A DNA stretch of 64,000 bases from a bacterium (GCA_965204535.1 CBDBEV010000001.1:2906892-2970891); one strand, 5' to 3'; positions 49,657 to 60,152 are shown, numbered from the stretch's first letter. Program-made: numbers and translations. The notes: generated from the letters alone by a model not told the origin.

Positions 49657-50832
49657 ATGCCGAAGCGAAGCGATCTGAAACTCACGAAGCGCACCGTCGA
49701 CGCGCTCGAGGCCGACGGGAAGGACGCGATCTTCTGGGACCGGGAGCTGGCGGGCTTCGGGGTGCGCGTCCACGCCACGGGCAGGAAGACCTGGGTGGTG
49801 CAGTCCCGGGGACCCGGGGGGCCGAAGCGCGTGACGCTCGGCCGTCACGGGGAGCTGGCCGTCGACGAGGCCAGGAAACAGGCCGCCCTCATTATCGACC
49901 GCATCAAGCGCGGCGAGGATTTCAGCGCTGCGGCGCCCGAGGCGGAGACCACCGTGGCCGGACTCGCCGAACGCTTCATGCGCACCCACGTGGAGAAACA
50001 CCTGAAGCCCGCCAGCGTTGCCGCATACCGCACCACGCTCGACAAACACATCCTGCCTGCCCTGGGCGGTATGGGGCTGGACGAGATCGGCGGGGCGGAA
50101 GTCACGGCGCTCCATCACGGCCTTCGCGATACGCCGGTCCTGGCGAACCAGGCGGTCCACCTGCTCTCGCGCATGTTCGTACTTGCCGAAGCGTGGGAGC
50201 TGGTACCGCCCGGGCGGAACCCCTGCCTCGCCGTGCGCCGCTACAGGACGCGGGCGCGCGAGCGGTTCCTGGCGCCTGAGGAATACCGGAGGCTGGGCCT
50301 TGCGCTCAGGCAAACCGAGGCGGAGAGCGGGATATGGCCGCCCGCTATCGCGGCCATCCGGCTGCTCGCACTTACCGGGTGCCGCAGGGGCGAGATACTG
50401 AACTTGCGCTGGGACGACGTGGACCGCACGGCAGGGGACCTGAGACTCAGGGACGCCAAGGCGGGTCCCCGGATGGTGCCCCTGACGAAGCCCGTGCTCA
50501 GGGTGCTGGACGGGGTTCCCCATCAGCCGGAGGTTCCCTGGGTGATCGCGGGCCAAAGGCCGGGGAGGCGCCTCACGGGCCTGCAATACTACTGGCGGTC
50601 CGTCCGGGCGCGGGCGGGGCTTCATGATGTCCGCATCCATGACCTCAGACATTCGTACGCCAGCCGGGCGCTGGCGCTGGGCGAGAGCCTCTACACGATC
50701 GGGAAACTACTCGGGCACACGAGCGTGGCGACGAGCGCGCGCTACGCGCACCTGATGCGCGAGGCCGAGAGGGAGGCGGCGGTGCGGGTGGGCGGGAGCA
50801 TCGGCGCGCACGTCACGAGCCGAGGGAGGTAG
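49657..50832 (+). CDS. Tyrosine integrase with arm-binding (DUF4102-type) domain
   Basis: WD..LAGFGVRV..TG.K, TGCRRGEI, HDLRHSYAS, LLGH, RYAH. Confidence 0.93.
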   Translation: MPKRSDLKLTKRTVDALEADGKDAIFWDRELAGFGVRVHATGRKTWVVQSRGPGGPKRVTLGRHGELAVDEARKQAALIIDRIKRGEDFSAAAPEAETTVAGLAERFMRTHVEKHLKPASVAAYRTTLDKHILPALGGMGLDEIGGAEVTALHHGLRDTPVLANQAVHLLSRMFVLAEAWELVPPGRNPCLAVRRYRTRARERFLAPEEYRRLGLALRQTEAESGIWPPAIAAIRLLALTGCRRGEILNLRWDDVDRTAGDLRLRDAKAGPRMVPLTKPVLRVLDGVPHQPEVPWVIAGQRPGRRLTGLQYYWRSVRARAGLHDVRIHDLRHSYASRALALGESLYTIGKLLGHTSVATSARYAHLMREAEREAAVRVGGSIGAHVTSRGR

Positions 50833-50833
50833 A

Positions 50834-52009
50834 GTGAAGATGACGCAGCCCAAAATCAAAACGCTGTCGAACCGCGCGGTCGGGAAGCTCGCGGTGGAGA
50901 AGGACACCGTCTTCTGGGACCGGGAGCTCACGGGTTTCGGCGTGAGGGTCTATCCCACCGGGAGCAAGGTCTACGTCGCCCAGGCGCGGGGGCCGGAAGG
51001 GCCCAAACGCGTGGCCGTGGGCCGCCACGGGGTGATAAACGCCGATGAGGCCAGGAAGCGCGCCGCCCACATCATCGCGAGGGTCAAGGCGGGCGAGGAG
51101 GCGGTGCCCGAACCGATGAAGCCAGCGGGAGGCCCCACGGTGGCCGAACTTTGCGCGCGCTACCTCTCCGAATACGTCTCGGTGCGATGCAAGCCGGGCA
51201 CCGCCGCGCTCTATCGCTCGGTGATCGACCGCCACGTCCTGCCCGCCCTGGGCAAGCTGCCGATCGCTGCGCTCTCGCGCGCGCAGGTGGCGGAATTCCA
51301 CGAGAGCCTCTACGAGACGCCCGCGGTGGCGAACACGGCGCTCCGCATCCTCTCCTCGATGTACCGCCTGGCCGCGGGCTGGGGAATGGTCCCCGAGGGA
51401 TTATCAAACCCCTGCAAGGCCCTGGTGAAATACCCCGAGCGCAGGCGCGAGCGGTTCCTGACGGATTCGGAGTTCACCCGCCTGGGAGAAGCGCTCGAGG
51501 AGGCGGAGGCCCGGAGCGGCGCCTCCGCTTCCACTGTGGCGGCGATCCGCCTTCTCGCGCTTACCGGGTGCCGCAGGAGCGAGGTGCTCGGGCTGCGCCG
51601 CGAGGACGTGGCGCTCGAAGCGGCCGAGCTCAGGCTGCCCGATTCCAAGACGGGCGCGCGGGCGGTCCCGCTCCCGCCCCAGGCGGTCGAACTCCTCTCG
51701 GGTCTCCTCGGCGCCCACGACGGCCCCTGGGTCATACCGGGCAGGAAGCCGGGGACGCCCTTGAGGAACATCGACGAGGCCTGGCGAACGATAAGGGAGC
51801 GCGCGGGTCTCGAAGGCGTGCGCCTCCATGACCTGCGCCACTCCTGGGCCTCGCGGGCGCTTGCGCTCGGCGAGGCGCTGCCCGTGATCGGGAAGCTCCT
51901 GGGCCACAGCAAGATGGAGACGACGGCGCGCTACGCGCACCTCGCGCGCGACTCGGCGCAGGAGGCGGCCGAGCGGGTCGCCGAGAGCATCGCCGAAGAC
52001 ATGCTGTAG
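50834..52009 (+). CDS. Second tandem tyrosine integrase (DUF4102-type)
   Basis: WDRELTGFGVRV, TGCRRSEV, SKTG, HDLRHSWAS, LLGH, RYAH. Confidence 0.93.
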   Translation: MKMTQPKIKTLSNRAVGKLAVEKDTVFWDRELTGFGVRVYPTGSKVYVAQARGPEGPKRVAVGRHGVINADEARKRAAHIIARVKAGEEAVPEPMKPAGGPTVAELCARYLSEYVSVRCKPGTAALYRSVIDRHVLPALGKLPIAALSRAQVAEFHESLYETPAVANTALRILSSMYRLAAGWGMVPEGLSNPCKALVKYPERRRERFLTDSEFTRLGEALEEAEARSGASASTVAAIRLLALTGCRRSEVLGLRREDVALEAAELRLPDSKTGARAVPLPPQAVELLSGLLGAHDGPWVIPGRKPGTPLRNIDEAWRTIRERAGLEGVRLHDLRHSWASRALALGEALPVIGKLLGHSKMETTARYAHLARDSAQEAAERVAESIAEDML

Positions 52010-52236
52010 GGTCACAGCAGGCGCGCGCCGGCCAGGTGTTTGCCCGCGCCCGGAGCCGGTGATAAATTCGGGAGTGCCTGAAACTATTTCGTTTCCATAA
52101 TATTTGACAAATATTTCAAAATAAATATTATTCTCATCCTGCAAAACCTTTCTGGAAAAAATCAAGCAACAGACTACCCAGGCCACAACCGCCTATGTGT
52201 CCAAAAATCTTTTTGGGGTTTAAATAAGGAATTGCA

Positions 52237-52686
52237 ATGAAAAAAGTAATGAGCTTGATCCTTTCTGCATTCCTGACATTCGGTTGTGTTCCTTCCCCCG
52301 ATGGTATTTCGGCTGCTTATGTATCTCCCTTGCAATACCGGTCCTTGAAATGTTCTCAACTACTTGAAGAATATAGAAGAGTAAACTACAGGGCCATTGA
52401 GGTAACAAAATTCCAAAGGGCCGAATCGGAACAAAGTACTGGTGCAATGGCAGTCGGCTTGATTCTGTTTTGGCCGGCGCTTTTCTTTGTTAGTGGAACG
52501 GACAGGTCTCCGGAATTGGCGAGGTTACGGGGAGAGGTTGAAGCAATAGAAAAAACCGCTATCAGGAAAGAGTGTTACGAACTTACCGAAACGATTAGAG
52601 AAGAACGTTCACGCGCAAAAGTGGAAGCGGAACAAGCCGCAAAGAAACAAAAACAACAGGAAGAAAAAGAGAAGGAATTGCCATAG
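52237..52686 (+). CDS. Low-GC putative lipoprotein
   Basis: MKK leader with lipobox TFGC; I.A.YVSP.QY....C, hydrophobic GLILFWPALFF, ELARLRGE..A; AT-rich flanks. Confidence 0.75.
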   Translation: MKKVMSLILSAFLTFGCVPSPDGISAAYVSPLQYRSLKCSQLLEEYRRVNYRAIEVTKFQRAESEQSTGAMAVGLILFWPALFFVSGTDRSPELARLRGEVEAIEKTAIRKECYELTETIREERSRAKVEAEQAAKKQKQQEEKEKELP

Positions 52687-52836
52687 TAAAATCGATTGAT
52701 TTAATTATATAGAAAAACCTTGAAATAAAGTTTCGGCACTATTGTATATAATTCCCATAAATTTCATTCCATTCAACAGGTTATCCGAATCATTCATCTC
52801 AGGTTTTTCACCCGGACGGGGTGCGGGAGGAGTCCT

Positions 52837-53130
52837 TTGCGGAAGATCGACATCATCAGCCTCGTGTCCGGCGACACGGGCCTCGGCAGGGTCAAGGCCG
52901 AAGAAGCCGTCGATGCCATCATCGACGCCGTCAGGGAATCCCTCGCGAGGGGCGAGTCCGTCACGTTGAGGCGCTTCGGCTCCTTCAGTGTGAGGGAGAA
53001 GAACGCCCGGATGGGGCGCAACCCGAAGACGGGCCTGGAAGCGCCCATCAGCGCCCGCAGGGTCGTGAGGTTCAAGGCGGGACAAAACTTCAAGGATGCG
53101 GTGAACGGGGCCGGGGTGAATTTCCATTGA
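52837..53130 (+). CDS. HU/IHF-family DNA-binding protein (TTG start)
   Basis: L..GE.V.L.RFGSF, R.GRNPKTG, V.FKAG; ggagga RBS. Confidence 0.9.
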   Translation: MRKIDIISLVSGDTGLGRVKAEEAVDAIIDAVRESLARGESVTLRRFGSFSVREKNARMGRNPKTGLEAPISARRVVRFKAGQNFKDAVNGAGVNFH

Positions 53131-53363
53131 TTGGCCGGTTCCGGGGTCGGGAAGGACCGGGCCGGCAACGTCCGCATCGGCGCAGGGCCCCGCGCCGCAA
53201 GACGGCGGGAAAAGCCAGGACACGGCCTTCGTGACGACCGGTGGATTCGCGGGCGGAACCCGGAGAGGACCGCTCCGCCTCGGCCCGAGCAGCGTCGAAG
53301 CCGCGTATCGAAGGGGCCTGTCCCGGGCCCGCCGGAGGGCGAAACCCGCGCCCCCATCCTTCG

Positions 53364-53996
53364 TTACGGCGCTGACGGGTTTGTTGAAGAACGCTTTTCC
53401 GAATCCCGGGCAGGCGAAGGCAACAGGGCCTCGGCCTGCCCCAAGACGGATTCCGGAAAGCTCTCATCGGGAGAAACGCACGCCAGCACCCTGAGGCCGA
53501 GAAGCAGACCGAGCAGAGACTTCGCCGTCCGCTCCGGATCGACTTCGGGGGAAATCTCCCCGCAAGCCTGGCCCCGCTCGATGGAAGCGCAAAAGAACTC
53601 CGCCATGCCGGCGAAGGCGTCGGCAACCAGAGAAGCCACCTCCTCATCGTGCGCCCCGAGTTCCAGGGCGGCCTTGACTTCGAGACAGCCCTCTCGCGAA
53701 CCACCTCCCGGCGCGGCGGAGGCGGCAGCCCCGAAAACGGCCAGCACCGCTCCGCGCGGCGAGTCGCCCTTTTCGAGTTCCGCGATCGGCTCCGCGCGAT
53801 GAATGCGGCCATAATGGCGGAGCGCCCGGAAGAACATCCCACGCTTGTCGCCGAACGCGTGGTACAAACTGCCTCGAAAGAGACCCGTCGCCTCCTCGAG
53901 ATCCCGAATCGTCGTCGCCGAATAGCCGTGACGCCGGAACTGGCTCATGATTTTCGTCAGAACCTCGTCCATCCCGTACTTCGGCATTTTCCCCAC
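53364..53996 (-). CDS. TetR-family transcriptional regulator
   Basis: F...GY.ATTI.DL...TG....SLY.AFGDK, GCL, ERGQ..GEI. Confidence 0.9.
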   Translation of the reverse strand: MGKMPKYGMDEVLTKIMSQFRRHGYSATTIRDLEEATGLFRGSLYHAFGDKRGMFFRALRHYGRIHRAEPIAELEKGDSPRGAVLAVFGAAASAAPGGGSREGCLEVKAALELGAHDEEVASLVADAFAGMAEFFCASIERGQACGEISPEVDPERTAKSLLGLLLGLRVLACVSPDESFPESVLGQAEALLPSPARDSEKRSSTNPSAP

Positions 53997-54210
53997 GGGT
54001 CCTCTCCTCGTCCGCCCGGTGAAGCATGGAATTCATCATGGCGGTCAGGCGGTTCCAGTCATCACCACGCGTCGAAACTTATCACACGGAAAATCCGCTT
54101 TCACGAAGAATTGCACCCCATCGGAGCTGTTGCCCCCCTTGGGCCCCGTTTTCAGTGGGACTGCTTTTCCAGTCGGGAAGGGCGCCGGGCGCCACTCCCG
54201 GGGAATCGGC

Positions 54211-57054
54211 CTATAGCTCCAACCCCCGATCCGATCGTGTCTTCTCCATCGCCGGTGTCTGCCTCTCCATTGCCTGGGTCGCCTCGTTCGACTTCTCCAC
54301 ACCTATGCTCTCCGCCTTGCCCGCTCCTATCGCCTCCAGAGCCGCGATGCGCTCCCCCGTCGCGGCTTCGAGGCGCTCGCACAGGGCCTTCGCGTCGTCG
54401 GTCACGAGTTCCGCCCGGTCCCGGGCGCGGCTGATCTCGACGTATAGCGTCTTCTGGTTGGTGAGCTCGGGGTGATTGGCCTCCATGGCGGCGATGACGG
54501 TGTCGACCGTCCGGCCCTGGAAGGCGTGGACGGTCGAGGCCCATGCGCGGTCGACGTGGCGAAGCTGGGGAACGCCGGCGGTCATGCCGATCGTGCGCCC
54601 GTCCTCGACCCGGAAGGTGACGCGGCCGTTCCTGACGCTCGTCACCTCGGCGGCCTGGCTGTTGACCAGGCCGAGGTCCTTGTCGTTGCGTGTCCAGCGG
54701 ACCTTGTCGCCGATGCGCAGTTCCATCCGCTCGACCTTGTAGACCTCGACGCCGCCGCTTCGCGCCGCGATGCGGCGGGGCTCCCAGCGGATTTCCCGCC
54801 CGTGCCCCCCTTGCAGGATGACCGCGCGGGCTTCGTGGTCGACGCCTTTCACGCGCAGCTCGTCTCCCTTCTCGACGCCGAGGCGCTTGTAGCGGCGGTG
54901 GAAGGCGACGACGTCGCCGGGTGAATAGTTCGCGGCGAGCGATTTCTCGGGGTTCGTGTAGCCGCGCGAGACGAGGCGATTCGTGAGGAAGACCGGGCCG
55001 CAGACGGCGCCCTCCCGGACCAGGCGATCGCGGACGATGGCGTTGATCTTCTCGCGGATCTTGTGGCTCGGCGCCATGAGCCCCGCGTTTGCGCGTTCTT
55101 CAGGGGAAAGCGCCAGCCAGCGCGCGGCGGCGGCGCCCGCGAGGTTGTCGGGTTTCACTTCGGCTACGTTGGATCCCAGCTTGTCGAAGGCGCGCTTCAC
55201 GTCGCCCGCGAGCGTGGCCTCGACGGCGGCTTTGAGGTCCTGGTCGCGCTGGCGCATGATCTCGTCCATGGTCGCCGTCTTCATGCCCGCGGCCTGCAGC
55301 TGCGCGAAGGGCTTGCCGGCGTCGACGGCGTCGAGTTGCTTCGCGTCGCCCACGAGCACGACCCGGGGCAGGCGCAGGACCTCCGAGATGCGGAAGAGTT
55401 CGCGCATCTCGCGCGTGGAGGCGAGGGAGCCCTCGTCCACGACGAGGGCGGTCCTGCGCCAGGCGGAGCGCATCTTTTGCTCGGTCGTTCTCGTGAGGCG
55501 GCCTTCGGCGACCCCTGCGTTACGAGCGAGGAAGCGCTGGAGCGTCTCGCTCTCGATGCCGGCCTCCGCTTCGAGCGTCCGCGCGGCCGAGGCCGAGGGC
55601 GCCAGGCCCCGGACCTCGTAGCCGCGCTTCTCGAATAGCGCGCGGGCGCGCTTCAACATCTTCGTCTTGCCGGTGCCGGCATAGCCCTGCACGCCCACCA
55701 CGCGGTCCTTCTCCGCGAGGATGAGCTTGACGGCCTCGCGCTGGCCATGCGTCAGCGGTCCCTTGCGCAGGTGCGCGCTCACCATCCAGCCCCGCATGGC
55801 GGGCGCGCCCCGCCCGCGTCCTGCCTCCACCAGGGCGATGGTCTCGCGCTCCGCCGCCGCGGCCTTCTCCGTCGTGAGCATGTCCTTCGCTCCGGGCAGA
55901 TCCGCCGCGTGCAGGGCGCCGGTTTTTTCGAGTCTCGCCACCTCGCGCTCCGCTCCCGCCATCGACACCGCGCCGGGCCGCCAGGCGAGTGCGCCCGCGA
56001 GCAGGGCCGCGCGGTCGAAGACGGCCTCCCGCTCCGAGAGGTGCGCCACGGACCATTCCACGGCCTCGCGGGCGGGTTCCGTTTCTTTGGCTGGAGCGCT
56101 CCGGCCGGCGTCGCGGGACAAGCCGCTCCTCGCCATCGCCCGGTCCTTGAGGGCTACGGCGTCGAAGCCGAGATCAGCGGCCTGTTTTTGCCAGGCGGCC
56201 ATGAGCGTCCCCTTGTCGGCCTCCCGCTTGGGGTCCCGCGTCATGAGCGTGACCCGCTGGGCGGCGCGCTGGTTCTCCGCCGTCGCGCCGAGTCCGCGCT
56301 CTGCCATGGCCCTCTCGATCTCGGCCCGCCGGGTCGAGAACGCCTCGATCACCTCGCGCGATACGCCCTCGACCTCGAAGCGCCCGTCCGCGTGGGTCTT
56401 CTCCACCCGGTAGCCGAACCCTTCGAGACCCCGGGCGAGTTCGGTCCGGTAGAGGGCGCCGATCAGCATCTTGTTCGCATAGAGCTTCTCATTCGACATG
56501 GTCCTCCACTTGCCGTCCGTCCCCCGGACCATGTTGGCGATTACCGCGTGCGTGTGGAGCAGGGGGTCGAGGTTGCGCGAGGTGTCGTGCCGGAAGGTCG
56601 CGACCACGCTCTTCTGATCGCCTGCCCGCACCATTCGCCCGGTCCCGGGCTCGCTCATCCTGGTCTCGGCGACGTTCCGCTCGACCCATTCCAGGGTGCG
56701 CGCCACGGCCACCTGGTGGGCCCACATCGCGCGCCCGTCGCCGCCGAGGTAGGCCAGCAACGAGACGGACTTGGGCGCCGAGAGGGTCAAGTCGCGGCCG
56801 GGACGGTGATGGATCACGCCGTCCTTGCCTCTTTTCCCGAGCCTGCGCCCCGAACCGTCCGGCACCACGCCTTCGAGCACCGCGCGGAGGGTGTCGGGGT
56901 CGACCGGGCCCGACAATCCCAAATCCTCGGCGCCCCTGCCGCGCCAGGCGCTCGCCTCCCGGTGGTTCGGATCGTCTTTCACATAGTAGTCGTCGCGCTC
57001 GAAGTAGGACACGCACTGCGCGGGGGAGACTACGGCGCCTATCGACGCGACCAT
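54211..57054 (-). CDS. MobF (TrwC/TraI-like) conjugative relaxase-helicase
   Basis: SYF..DDYY, DLTLSAPKSVS, HDTSR..DP.LHTH, FSTR, QGYAGTGKT, DEGS, GD..QL, TVH.FQG.T, YV.ISR. Confidence 0.95.
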   Translation of the reverse strand: MVASIGAVVSPAQCVSYFERDDYYVKDDPNHREASAWRGRGAEDLGLSGPVDPDTLRAVLEGVVPDGSGRRLGKRGKDGVIHHRPGRDLTLSAPKSVSLLAYLGGDGRAMWAHQVAVARTLEWVERNVAETRMSEPGTGRMVRAGDQKSVVATFRHDTSRNLDPLLHTHAVIANMVRGTDGKWRTMSNEKLYANKMLIGALYRTELARGLEGFGYRVEKTHADGRFEVEGVSREVIEAFSTRRAEIERAMAERGLGATAENQRAAQRVTLMTRDPKREADKGTLMAAWQKQAADLGFDAVALKDRAMARSGLSRDAGRSAPAKETEPAREAVEWSVAHLSEREAVFDRAALLAGALAWRPGAVSMAGAEREVARLEKTGALHAADLPGAKDMLTTEKAAAAERETIALVEAGRGRGAPAMRGWMVSAHLRKGPLTHGQREAVKLILAEKDRVVGVQGYAGTGKTKMLKRARALFEKRGYEVRGLAPSASAARTLEAEAGIESETLQRFLARNAGVAEGRLTRTTEQKMRSAWRRTALVVDEGSLASTREMRELFRISEVLRLPRVVLVGDAKQLDAVDAGKPFAQLQAAGMKTATMDEIMRQRDQDLKAAVEATLAGDVKRAFDKLGSNVAEVKPDNLAGAAAARWLALSPEERANAGLMAPSHKIREKINAIVRDRLVREGAVCGPVFLTNRLVSRGYTNPEKSLAANYSPGDVVAFHRRYKRLGVEKGDELRVKGVDHEARAVILQGGHGREIRWEPRRIAARSGGVEVYKVERMELRIGDKVRWTRNDKDLGLVNSQAAEVTSVRNGRVTFRVEDGRTIGMTAGVPQLRHVDRAWASTVHAFQGRTVDTVIAAMEANHPELTNQKTLYVEISRARDRAELVTDDAKALCERLEAATGERIAALEAIGAGKAESIGVEKSNEATQAMERQTPAMEKTRSDRGLEL

Positions 57055-57496
57055 ATCAGCAACTCCTCGGGCGGTTGACTTGCGGACCCGCGCGTCCGGC
57101 CGCATCGCTCACGCGGCGGTGCTCCCGTACACCCAAAACGTTCCCGACATTCCCGTTCATATGCGTCTCTCCTTCGTGTTCGAACCTTTCACCCCGGTCC
57201 TCCGGCGTCATGCGGGCGGGGGCGTCCATCGCCCGCATGCAGAGCGTAAATAAAGCAAAAACAACTCGTCTGCAAGAGTTTTCGATAGCGTATTGCCAAC
57301 GCCCGCGCGCCATGCGCGGTCACGCATGCGACCGGCTGCGCGGGGATATGACAAAAAAATTTTCCGCATCGCGCCTCACCCAGGCCCCGCGCCGGCGAGA
57401 GGCGGAGCCGGGCCGGGAGGCGGGTGCGGGAGCCGGGGTCTGAGAGGCCGGGCGGCGCACGCGATTCCCTTTCTCACAATCCCGGAGGCGCGACTC

Positions 57497-57838
57497 ATGA
57501 GTAACCGAAAACCATCCCGATACACCCGTGCCCTCGTCTTCGCGGGACCCGCCCTGGCGCTCCTCGCCACAATCCTCTCTCTCGCGGCAGGCAGCGGCCT
57601 CCGCCCCCTGTGGGCCGTCTGGGCCTGTGCAGCTCTCTGGAGCCTCCTCACGGCTCTCTCCTGCGTCCTGTGGCGGGGGTCCCGCCACGGGGACTGGTCC
57701 GCCTTCGCTCGCTACGAACTGCCCGACGGGAAAGAAGAGGACTTCGAGTGGTCCGCCCGGACGGGACGCTACGCCTGGCGCCGTGAGCTGGAGGAGGAGG
57801 AACTGTTCGGCCAGGACCCGGACGCACACTTCCCCTAG
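57497..57838 (+). CDS. Small membrane protein, unknown function
   Basis: ggagg RBS, two hydrophobic helices, acidic tail. Confidence 0.55.
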   Translation: MSNRKPSRYTRALVFAGPALALLATILSLAAGSGLRPLWAVWACAALWSLLTALSCVLWRGSRHGDWSAFARYELPDGKEEDFEWSARTGRYAWRRELEEEELFGQDPDAHFP

Positions 57839-58028
57839 AAGGCCCCAGGCCGAACGAAGACCACCCTGAACAACCGGACCGCCGTCTTTCCCGCCGACGG
57901 TGGCTCTGCGTCACCGGGAGGCCGAGTCCGGCCGGGAGGGGGCGGCGGAGGGGAGCCGGGAGGGAGTCTTCTCGCGTTCGAGGCTCGCCTTCGCCGCCAT
58001 CATCCATCCCACAACAAGGAGGCGCGCG

Positions 58029-58328
58029 ATGCGGAAACCCAAACCCGAAGCGAGTACCTTCCTCACCCATCTCTTCACCCTGGGCCTGGCGGACGAGAGA
58101 TACGCCGTGGAACGCTACAGATCCGCAGAGGGGGGCGAGATCAGGCCCGTGCCCGCCCGGGACAAGGCAGGCCGCAGAAGGAAACGCGTGACCGCCTCGC
58201 GCCGTACGGTCCGCGAGATGCGGCCCGCGCGCGACGAACTCATCGTCTGCACCGGGCTCCGGGTCCCCGGCAGCGGGCTGCAGTTGTGGGGCGAGCACCT
58301 CGTGTGGGCCCGGATGCTCACCCGGTGA
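58029..58328 (+). CDS. Hypothetical protein
   Basis: Strong aaggagg RBS; same orientation as neighbouring genes. Confidence 0.55.
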   Translation: MRKPKPEASTFLTHLFTLGLADERYAVERYRSAEGGEIRPVPARDKAGRRRKRVTASRRTVREMRPARDELIVCTGLRVPGSGLQLWGEHLVWARMLTR

Positions 58329-58421
58329 GGAAATCCCCCCGGGGAGGACTTCCGCCCGCAAGACGTCTCGCCGGCCCGGCGCCGGCCGCACGATTCCATC
58401 CACCCCAGGGAGGGAGGCGGG

Positions 58422-59228
58422 ATGCCCTACAAGGACCCGGAGATGAGGCGCAAGTTCGATCGCGAACGCCACCGCAAACGCACCGCCGACCGACTCGCGC
58501 GTGGTCTGTGTCCCCGGTGCGGAAAGATTCCTCCCGCGCCGGGGCGCAGTCTGTGCGAGCCCTGCCTCGAGAGGGACCGGGAGACCCGACGCGCCCGATA
58601 CGCCGAAGCCCGAGCGGGGGGAGCCCCATATGGCGGCCGCGACCCCGAGAGCCGCCGGCGCATGGCGCGCGAGAGGGCGAGGAAGCGCAGGCGCGAGCGG
58701 GTGGAGGCCGGCTTGTGCCCGCGCTGCGGACGCGAGCCCGTCGAGGACGGCGCCGTCTGCGAACCCTGCCGGGAGGCGAGGCGGGCTGAAGAGCGAAAGC
58801 TCTACGCCGCCAGGAGAGCGAAAGGGCTTTGCGGACGGTGCGGGGAGCCGACGTTCGCAGGCGCCGCGCTATGCGGTCCGTGCGCCGCGCTCGCGGAGGG
58901 ACGCGCTCCAAAGAAGAACGCCGCGAGCAGGAAACGCTATCGCGACAGGCGGGCCCGGGGGCTTTGCGTCGACTGCGGCGCCCATGCGGACGCAGGGGTG
59001 AGATGTACTCCCTGCGCGCGGCGTTCGTATCACTCCTCGGCAGAGCACAAGGGGATGCCCATCCATCCGCCGAGCTACACCGTGGTCGAACTCGCCACGG
59101 GCATCGAGCACGGACCCCTCGACTCCTGGGAGGAGGTTGCCATGTGCCTCGCGTTCAGCAAACTCTCACGGGATGAGGTCGAGGTGGTTACGGACAGCCC
59201 GGTGATGGCAACTCTCACCGGCTACTGA
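58422..59228 (+). CDS. Protein with four tandem C4 zinc-finger-like repeats
   Basis: R...GLCxxCG-x8-10-CxxC x4 joined by basic helices. Confidence 0.75.
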   Translation: MPYKDPEMRRKFDRERHRKRTADRLARGLCPRCGKIPPAPGRSLCEPCLERDRETRRARYAEARAGGAPYGGRDPESRRRMARERARKRRRERVEAGLCPRCGREPVEDGAVCEPCREARRAEERKLYAARRAKGLCGRCGEPTFAGAALCGPCAALAEGRAPKKNAASRKRYRDRRARGLCVDCGAHADAGVRCTPCARRSYHSSAEHKGMPIHPPSYTVVELATGIEHGPLDSWEEVAMCLAFSKLSRDEVEVVTDSPVMATLTGY

Positions 59229-59380
59229 GCGCCGGCTCACGGCCGGGTCTGCACTTGCAGCCGGCCTGCCGTCCGCCGGGGCACGTGCCGCCGTCCGCCC
59301 GCCGGCGGGTTACTTGCAGCCGTCCGGCCGGGGCGGAGGGAAGGACAGCGCCGCCCTGCTGCGCAGCCGCCGGACCGCCG

Positions 59381-59818
59381 TCACCGGCCCCGGACGCACC
59401 ACCTCGCGAGCCACCACCAGGCCACCCAGGCCGGCAGGCTGAGAAGGACCGTACAGGCGGCTATCGCGAGCGGACCGGAGAGTCCCGCCACCAGCGGCGC
59501 CGTCACACCACCCAGCACCGCACCCATCGCCCAGGCGCCGCCGCGCCATCCCAGCCGCCACATCCGTCGGCACGCCAGGGCGAGCGGCAGGCCGCACGGC
59601 GCAAGCGTTGCCGCCGAGGAGGGCAGCATCGGCGTCCAGCCCTCGGGATCCGCCCAGAAGCGCACGGCGGCGGTCACGACTGCCCCGACAGGCAGCCACA
59701 AGAGCGCGAGCGGCCAGAAGCCGCGCCGTCTGTGCTGCTCCCCTTCGATGAGCATGTCCCATCTGACCCGAATCCCAAGGCGGGCGCAAGTCCGGCATGG
59801 CCGGCGGGCGGTCCCCAT
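59381..59818 (-). CDS. Putative multi-TM membrane protein (start uncertain)
   Basis: About four hydrophobic segments; no recognisable family. Confidence 0.4.
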   Translation of the reverse strand: MGTARRPCRTCARLGIRVRWDMLIEGEQHRRRGFWPLALLWLPVGAVVTAAVRFWADPEGWTPMLPSSAATLAPCGLPLALACRRMWRLGWRGGAWAMGAVLGGVTAPLVAGLSGPLAIAACTVLLSLPAWVAWWWLARWCVRGR

Positions 59819-59939
59819 CGGCTATGAACCTCCCTGGGAGAGGTGAAGCGAAGCTCGGGGCCGGGCAAAGGCCCGGCAGGCGAGAGGGAGACGGTCTCCA
59901 GCTCCCGCCGCCGGCGACAACCCGATAGGAGGCTTGGCC

Positions 59940-60071
59940 ATGTACGAGAACGACTTCGACGTCGACGTTCCCACCACGGACGAACTGCTCGCAGAACTCG
60001 GACTCGACGCGTACACGATCCGCAAGATCCGCGACGAGGCGGGGGGCGAGGAGGAGTTCAGGAGGGAATAG
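59940..60071 (+). CDS. Small acidic protein (43 aa), absent from the ORF track
   Basis: aggagg RBS; MYENDFDVDVPTTDELLAELGLDAYTIRKIRDEAGGEEEFRRE*. Confidence 0.55.
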   Translation: MYENDFDVDVPTTDELLAELGLDAYTIRKIRDEAGGEEEFRRE

Positions 60072-60152
60072 GGCAGATCGGGGGATCGGGGAGAGAGGCT
60101 CCCCGGCCCCTTCCACTTCATCATCCACACCACACCATGAAGGAGTACTACA

